From: a virus
Lineage: Duplodnaviria > Caudoviricetes
DNA length: 64,000 nucleotides
Strand: one strand, 5' to 3'
Virus record (IMG/VR): IMGVR_UViG_3300014205_000181
Location: 64,001-128,000 of that record
Shown: in pieces, positions 58,682-64,000 of the stretch
Position numbering within the stretch: the first letter of the stretch is position 1
Layout: each line of letters opens with the position of its first letter
Made by a program: the position numbers and the translations under genes
The notes under the pieces: model-generated
Seen by the model: the letters and a program-made list of their open reading frames with translations, nothing else
What the model was told of the DNA's origin: nothing
Database searches by the model: none

Positions 58682-59068
58682 TCAATCTTTTTGCATTTCT
58701 CGGTAATCTTCCAATAGCCCACTCATATTCTCTTCTATATTGATGCAAAATCCAAGTGCTTCCAGATTTAAGTAAATTTCTCCACATTTTTCACACATAA
58801 ACCACGGAGATATTTTAACCTCTGTGTATCCGAACTTATCTTCTTCAAATTCCGTAGGCCCGCGCCACCTATTAAACCGCAAAGATAGATCATTTACTTT
58901 AATTTTCGCTCCGCATGAACAACACTTTCTTGATTTTTTAGTATTTAAAGGAAAGAAGTATTCCATTTCTGGCGGAACATTACCATATCCTTCGGTAAGC
59001 ACTTTCTCGGCTAGGATGTAAAACCACCCATCTCCTTCCCACTCTGCGCAATAACATGACAAGCTCAT
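58682..59068 (-). CDS. Cys-rich hypothetical protein
   Basis: 'CCSCG', 'CEKCG'. Confidence 0.6.
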   Translation of the reverse strand: MSLSCYCAEWEGDGWFYILAEKVLTEGYGNVPPEMEYFFPLNTKKSRKCCSCGAKIKVNDLSLRFNRWRGPTEFEEDKFGYTEVKISPWFMCEKCGEIYLNLEALGFCINIEENMSGLLEDYREMQKD

Positions 59069-59349
59069 ATTTTATTCTCCAATTCGTCAGCTTGTTTTCT
59101 AAGATACGTTGCCTTTGCTGAATTAAATTCTTTTTCTGTTTCATAGGTGTTTAAGGTTTTATCACAATTCTTACATGATAAACACCAGATATACTTAGGT
59201 GTCCAATCCGAATAATGCGAAAAGCAAGAGGAGAACTCAACTTCTCCGTGCTGACATTTCATTTGCTTTAGTTCTTTTTCAATATAAAGAACACGATCAA
59301 CTAAAGATGTTATTACTGCCGCTTCTTTCTTAGATAAGTACATAAACAT
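59065..59349 (-). CDS. Hypothetical protein
   Basis: ORF track. Confidence 0.55.
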   Translation of the reverse strand: MFMYLSKKEAAVITSLVDRVLYIEKELKQMKCQHGEVEFSSCFSHYSDWTPKYIWCLSCKNCDKTLNTYETEKEFNSAKATYLRKQADELENKI

Positions 59350-59502
59350 TTAATCACCTACTCCCTCAATTTAACCTACATTTGTCGCCGTGCTTTTTAT
59401 CGTTTAAATTAAGCGCCTATGCGCATCAAATTTTAAGCATCTGTATGGTTTATTGAACCCATTTATCAAATACAGATTCTATCTCTTTAAAAGAGTAATT
59501 AC

Positions 59503-59531
59503 TTTCTACCATATTACAACCGCTATGTCTA
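59503..59531 (-). promoter_or_regulatory. Sigma70-like promoter
   Basis: TAGACA-N17-TAGAAA with an extended TG. Confidence 0.45.
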
Positions 59532-59599
59532 CTAAAATAATTCAGACAAAAGTCGATAATGTCAATTTCAGAATATTTTTCTGGAGGATATTCGTTCAT

Positions 59600-60043
59600 T
59601 TATTTAATATACCCGCCAACTCCCTTTGTACTTAAATCAAACGTAACCCATCCACCAGTAGCCAATCGCCCAACTTGTACTTTTTCTTTATCATGGGTTT
59701 TCGTAAACATATAGTTCTGAATTTCGTCCACCTTGAAAAATTTAAAAACACGCTCATTAAATTCCAGCAATTCGCTACGCATTGAAGGAGGGAAATTAGG
59801 AACAATCGTCATAGACCAATCCTTCCAATGTGTATTCCACTCTTCGTGCATGGTGAAGAGGAAGCTAGTCTTTGACCGACTAAGAGCTAGCTTCTTGGCT
59901 TCTTCCTTGCTAAATGACTTTTCTTCAAGCTTAGAATACTTTGACCACCCGATACGGACTCCGTCATCTTGGCTCTTAATGGCGATAAAACACCCTACTG
60001 GATTCCCGTTTTTACGAATGTACTTAATTAGTTGTGTTTTCAT
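59600..60043 (-). CDS. Hypothetical protein
   Basis: 'IGWSK...FSKE.A..LAL.R'. Confidence 0.65.
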   Translation of the reverse strand: MKTQLIKYIRKNGNPVGCFIAIKSQDDGVRIGWSKYSKLEEKSFSKEEAKKLALSRSKTSFLFTMHEEWNTHWKDWSMTIVPNFPPSMRSELLEFNERVFKFFKVDEIQNYMFTKTHDKEKVQVGRLATGGWVTFDLSTKGVGGYIK

Positions 60044-60064
60044 TTTGCTTCCTTTAGTTTTGCT

Positions 60065-60529
60065 TTAGTTGATTTGTTTGCGGTTAATAAAATTTGAATA
60101 AGTACCGAAATTATTTTTTAAATCATTAAGCATCGTTTCGTCATTCAGCCCTTTTTCTTTAAAAACGTACTCAACATATTCGTGGTCGTATAATTTCTTT
60201 CTACGTTTATTTACTTCTTTAATTTTTTCGAACACAATATCTCTATCAATACCATAAGTTTCTAGAAGATATTTTGCTATTCCCGGATAAGAAATTTCTT
60301 TAAATTGGCAAATCGGGCATGAAGATTCAGAGTAGCAAGAATCTCCCCACCCGTTTTCCGATTGGTCTTCATTCAATAAATGCTCATCGCAAATCACATG
60401 GCCGTTGACACATTCAGCGAATCCTAAATCCTCTGGACTTGCATCCCAACCTGATTCAGTTGCACTACAAATTTCACAGACAAAAGAACTTGAACTTGAG
60501 TTGCTTACAAAATAGTTCCTGGATTTCAT
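60065..60529 (-). CDS. 'SNSSSSS'-leader protein 3 (Cys/His-rich body)
   Basis: Begins MKSRNYFVSNSSSSSF; contains CEIC, CVNGH..C..H and CPIC. Confidence 0.85.
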   Translation of the reverse strand: MKSRNYFVSNSSSSSFVCEICSATESGWDASPEDLGFAECVNGHVICDEHLLNEDQSENGWGDSCYSESSCPICQFKEISYPGIAKYLLETYGIDRDIVFEKIKEVNKRRKKLYDHEYVEYVFKEKGLNDETMLNDLKNNFGTYSNFINRKQIN

Positions 60530-60531
60530 AA

Positions 60532-60897
60532 TTAATAACCTCCCTCACTTTCGATAACAACCATATCACTTGAACCGATATTGTTTAATCCATTCTTGCA
60601 TAGAAAGCTTTCTACCCCACCTTCTTTACTGCTGAACGAACCCATTAGAATTACCTTTCCTCCTTGAATAGCAGCCTTGGCCTGATTATATCTATCATCT
60701 TCTAACATCTCTTCGGCACTATAACAATATCCTTCCACAAAATAACGTGCTAATTCTTCAACCGTTTTAATTGTATCCCTTGAATATGTCCGCAAATCAA
60801 CCTCAATTTCCAATTTAACCTTTGGATTGTCTCCGTTTACTGCTACGATAAATGAAGAACTTGAACTGTTACTGACGAAAAAGTTTCTCGATTTCAT
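60532..60897 (-). CDS. 'SNSSSSS'-leader protein 2
   Basis: Begins MKSRNFFVSNSSSSSF. Confidence 0.85.
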   Translation of the reverse strand: MKSRNFFVSNSSSSSFIVAVNGDNPKVKLEIEVDLRTYSRDTIKTVEELARYFVEGYCYSAEEMLEDDRYNQAKAAIQGGKVILMGSFSSKEGGVESFLCKNGLNNIGSSDMVVIESEGGY

Positions 60898-60912
60898 ATT
60901 AATATCCTTTAA

Positions 60913-61518
60913 TTAATGGTGACTGAATTGTCTATAAGTAAAATATTTTTCCCAATTGAAATCATGTTCAATTTCACGCCCTAATTCTGTATCGTCTCCG
61001 AACTCACCTACCATGAAAAGTTTATATTCTTTAAATTCAGAAATAAATTCATCTACTATTTTAACGAACCTAACTCTTACTTCTGGAAGGTCGAACCATT
61101 CTTTTTCTACCTTATATTTCGCACTATAATCGTCTTGTTTAATTTTTCTTTTCGTTATTTCATTATCGGCCCACTGTTTCATAGGAGTTGGCCTTGAAGA
61201 GTAAAAGAAACCATTCCCAGAACCATATTCTTCTGAATAATAAAAATTACTAGCCAATTCTGATAAAACATTATCTTCATCGTATCCGCTGATTTCTTCC
61301 CATGGTTTATTTTCTGCTGATTCTTTTAATTTTTCTAAATCTAATGGGAATTCTTTTAGTCCCTCAAATATTCCACGCAAAACCGAAATACTTACAGAAT
61401 CTTGTTTATCGCCAAACCAAACATCTGCCGCTTCTTCTGGAGTTTCAGGAATTTTGTTTACTCCGATGATAAAGCTTGAAGAACTTGAATTACTTACGAA
61501 AAAGTTTCTTGACTTCAT
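60913..61518 (-). CDS. 'SNSSSSS'-leader protein 1
   Basis: Begins MKSRNFFVSNSSSSSF; AGGAG RBS. Confidence 0.85.
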   Translation of the reverse strand: MKSRNFFVSNSSSSSFIIGVNKIPETPEEAADVWFGDKQDSVSISVLRGIFEGLKEFPLDLEKLKESAENKPWEEISGYDEDNVLSELASNFYYSEEYGSGNGFFYSSRPTPMKQWADNEITKRKIKQDDYSAKYKVEKEWFDLPEVRVRFVKIVDEFISEFKEYKLFMVGEFGDDTELGREIEHDFNWEKYFTYRQFSHH

Positions 61519-61533
61519 TTAAATCTCCTTTAA

Positions 61534-62562
61534 TTACACATCAAAATATGGGCAAGACCTATTATTGCCTTGAATTTTATTTCGCTCAATACAAGTTGAT
61601 TTCTTAAACCATAAATCCTCCAAGAAATTATTTACACCTGCCATGTCAATCCCATCCGTTTCTTTATTTGAAAAAGAACAAGGATGAAATACACCATTTA
61701 CATCGATATAAGAGCTAAAAGATGCACTTTCGCAAGGCTCAATAGACTGTTCAAAATGTTTCAAAATACCCCAATCTCTAAACATATCCATCAATTTATT
61801 TGCACCACAAGAATCACAGCCATATCTTATGTCATTGAATAAACAGTACTTGACAATATGGCTAAATTTTTCAGTACTCAGTTTGTGGTAATTAGTCCCA
61901 CGACCTTTCTGTTTTAGAGAAAGAAAAACAATCGCATTTAATTTCTCAAGTCTTGGATCACTCTTTATATCTCTGAGTGTTTCTAGCGTTTGTCTATAAG
62001 TTTCTTCGCTGATGAGCATATGCACATTTATTTGGGTCATACCTTTATCAGTCAATCGTTTAACGGCATTGTAACAAATATTTTTATCCGCATAGCGAGA
62101 AACCGCAACTGCTCCACACAGAGAAGAAAGTTTATCTACAATATCGTCCGTCAATCTATCGCCGTTTATTGTGACATTAGGGATAATTGTATTTTCTCTA
62201 CAGTATTCCATCATCTTCCATAATTCGTCTGAGACATCTACATCGCCAATTCCAAATGCCGTTTGCGTAAGTAGGTGAATGTTGTTATATTTAGGAAATT
62301 TATCAATAATACTCTTGAAAGTATCAAATAACATGTGTTTTCCGTTAGATGTATTGGACTTATAACAGTGCTGGCAGCCAAAACTACAAATGCTAGATGC
62401 CTCTAAATCGAGAATAAAAGGCCCATACGGAGAATATTCGGGATCGATGCTTTTTTTCTCTCCCCATACTTTTGTATTTCCATTTTCCATATTAAAATCA
62501 TAATTAACATCCGAACTTCTAAAAAACTTTTTATTTTTTTCTATAATAATAGTCGGCTTCAT
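61534..62562 (-). CDS. Radical SAM enzyme with Twitch/SPASM-like C-terminus
   Basis: 'CSFGCQHCY', 'NVTING', C-terminal 'PCES..FSSYID..G..HPCSF...CPYF'. Confidence 0.9.
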   Translation of the reverse strand: MKPTIIIEKNKKFFRSSDVNYDFNMENGNTKVWGEKKSIDPEYSPYGPFILDLEASSICSFGCQHCYKSNTSNGKHMLFDTFKSIIDKFPKYNNIHLLTQTAFGIGDVDVSDELWKMMEYCRENTIIPNVTINGDRLTDDIVDKLSSLCGAVAVSRYADKNICYNAVKRLTDKGMTQINVHMLISEETYRQTLETLRDIKSDPRLEKLNAIVFLSLKQKGRGTNYHKLSTEKFSHIVKYCLFNDIRYGCDSCGANKLMDMFRDWGILKHFEQSIEPCESASFSSYIDVNGVFHPCSFSNKETDGIDMAGVNNFLEDLWFKKSTCIERNKIQGNNRSCPYFDV

Positions 62563-63479
62563 ATAAGCACCATCCCTTTGTATTTAAGGTTTTATTTTTA
62601 TATCTTTCATGAATAATTTTAGGGTCAAACACTTTATTTACATATCTTTTTAGAGAGGTATAAGATAAACCATTTTCTTTACAAAACCTTTTCACTTCTC
62701 CCTTAACCTTTATTATATCTCCGCTTGGCGAAACAAATACCCATTCTTTCGCATTTGGGTTTTTGAAACCTTGGGTATTATTCCTACAAATCTCTTTTAG
62801 CCTTTTAGATTTCTCCTGTCCGTGCAATTCATCAAATTTTCTATGATCGCCATAACGAGGATTCCCACTACCCTTCAACCTATCCTTGCGCCTTTTCTTA
62901 CCTTCTTCCGAATTATACCCAGAAGTAGGATCTTTACACCTCAATTTATTTGCTTCTCCTATTTTTTTGATATATTGATTTGTTTCTATCGGAATCATCG
63001 TATATCCGGTTGGGACCATTCTTCTGTAAATTTGTTAATGGTCCTTTTTTATCTTTTAGCGTCCCAATTTCATTAATTAGTTTAGCCTCTATCTCATATG
63101 CTCTATATTCACTTAAATTTGTTTTTAACTTAACTATCTTGGGAGTAAGGCCGTCATTAAGGATAGATCTGATTTTATTGTCTTTTATAAAATTTTTATT
63201 TTGTTTTAAATTTGATTCATGAAGATGTTTTTATACCTGTAACCCTTACCTTTCCCAACATAAAAAATTTCTGGAGGATCTTTTCTAGGATCTAAATAAG
63301 CGTAAACATAAGACTCTCCCATATCGCTAGGAATAATCATCGTATTGTTACCATAATAAAATCTAAAAATCATTTTTATCTTTTCCCCATCTATCAAATT
63401 TTCCCGTAACCATATTAAAATCGTAATTGTAATCTTCTGACCTGAATTGTTTTACATTTCTATTAATTTCAAGTTTCAT
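62531..63479 (-). pseudogene. GIY-YIG homing endonuclease fused to a duplicated radical SAM N-terminus, broken by three homopolymer frameshifts
   Basis: 'YVYAYLDPR...FYVGKG..YR', 'AYEIE..LI', 'PLTN' and 'GNPRYG' lie in successive frames. Shifts at 63365-63369, 63228-63232 and 62962-62968. Confidence 0.75.
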
Positions 63480-63568
63480 TTTGTTCTCCATAGTAAATTG
63501 TATAATTAATTTAACCCCCGTATTCAACACCCACAACTTACTAAACTACACCCAATAAGTCAAGATAA

Positions 63569-64000
63569 TTATCCCTCAAATAATCCCTGATCGTTACACC
63601 ATTTCGCAAAATTATCCAAGCTATAATCACTGCACAAATTTCCTGGGCAAATTTTCGAAACTTCTTCATTTTTACTCTTAAAGATAAATTCAAGGAAATA
63701 TTGTGCTCTTTTCCCCTTTGACGCCATTGTACCGCTATACAACTCACCAGCGCACCACGAAGAAAATTTCTTTTTATTTTCTTTATAAAAAGCGTTTAAC
63801 TTCTTCGTAGCAATCCTGAATTTATTCTCTTCAACAGTATCGAATTTAATTTTTTGAATATCCTCAATACCGTTTATCTTTTCTTTTTTGGTTATGCGCA
63901 AATATTCTTTCTTCAACTGAATGGTAACTTCTGGATCTTCATCATCCATCAAATACCCAGACACTTTAGCTAAATCTGGCTTCTTATCCAAATACTCTAA
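63569..64000 (-). CDS. Hypothetical protein, 5'-partial
   Basis: Open frame runs off the end of the window. Confidence 0.55.
   Translation of the reverse strand, partial: LEYLDKKPDLAKVSGYLMDDEDPEVTIQLKKEYLRITKKEKINGIEDIQKIKFDTVEENKFRIATKKLNAFYKENKKKFSSWCAGELYSGTMASKGKRAQYFLEFIFKSKNEEVSKICPGNLCSDYSLDNFAKWCNDQGLFEG

Noticed and set aside
7625-63222. Many + strand ORFs in the track (e.g. 9770, 25280, 27047, 33354, 59733), and - strand ORFs within J and tnpB
   Set aside because: They are antisense shadows of well-supported genes and lack an RBS or recognisable motifs.
1-64000. CRISPR array, rRNA, integrase, reverse transcriptase/DGR or canonical tRNA
   Set aside because: I saw no repeat-spacer pattern or diagnostic motifs. 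The only tRNA-like sequence is non-canonical.
1-64000. Stop-codon reassignment
   Set aside because: Long genes are intact under code 11, and TAA, TAG and TGA all end genes next to the following start.

Overview
The window is a 64 kb stretch of a large, AT-rich, tailed dsDNA phage genome using standard genetic code 11. Positions 1-7515 (+ strand) hold the end of a lambda-like tail module (NlpC/P60 protein, tail-tip J, tail fibre and chaperone) and a lysis cassette, closed by a bidirectional terminator. Positions 7573-64000 are almost entirely on the - strand. They carry nucleotide metabolism (intein-containing class II RNR, dUTPase, 5'-nucleotidase, ThyX-like protein, dNMP kinase), recombination and replication (split SbcC plus SbcD, Endo VII, 5'-3' exonuclease, RecA, SSB, ligase, DnaE fused to a UDG-like domain, primase, DnaB) and a Prs-like/Nampt-like pair resembling the NAD+-reconstitution anti-defence pathway NARP1. 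There are also two radical SAM enzymes, several homing endonucleases, a solo TnpB element and many small Cys-rich ORFs. The best candidate for an undescribed system is a radical SAM gene followed by three otherwise unrelated genes that all begin MKSRN[FY]FVSNSSSSSF. Other highlights are four sigma28-like promoters, an aberrant tRNA-like RNA, and frameshifts confined to accessory genes. All family assignments come from motif recognition by eye; no database searches were run.
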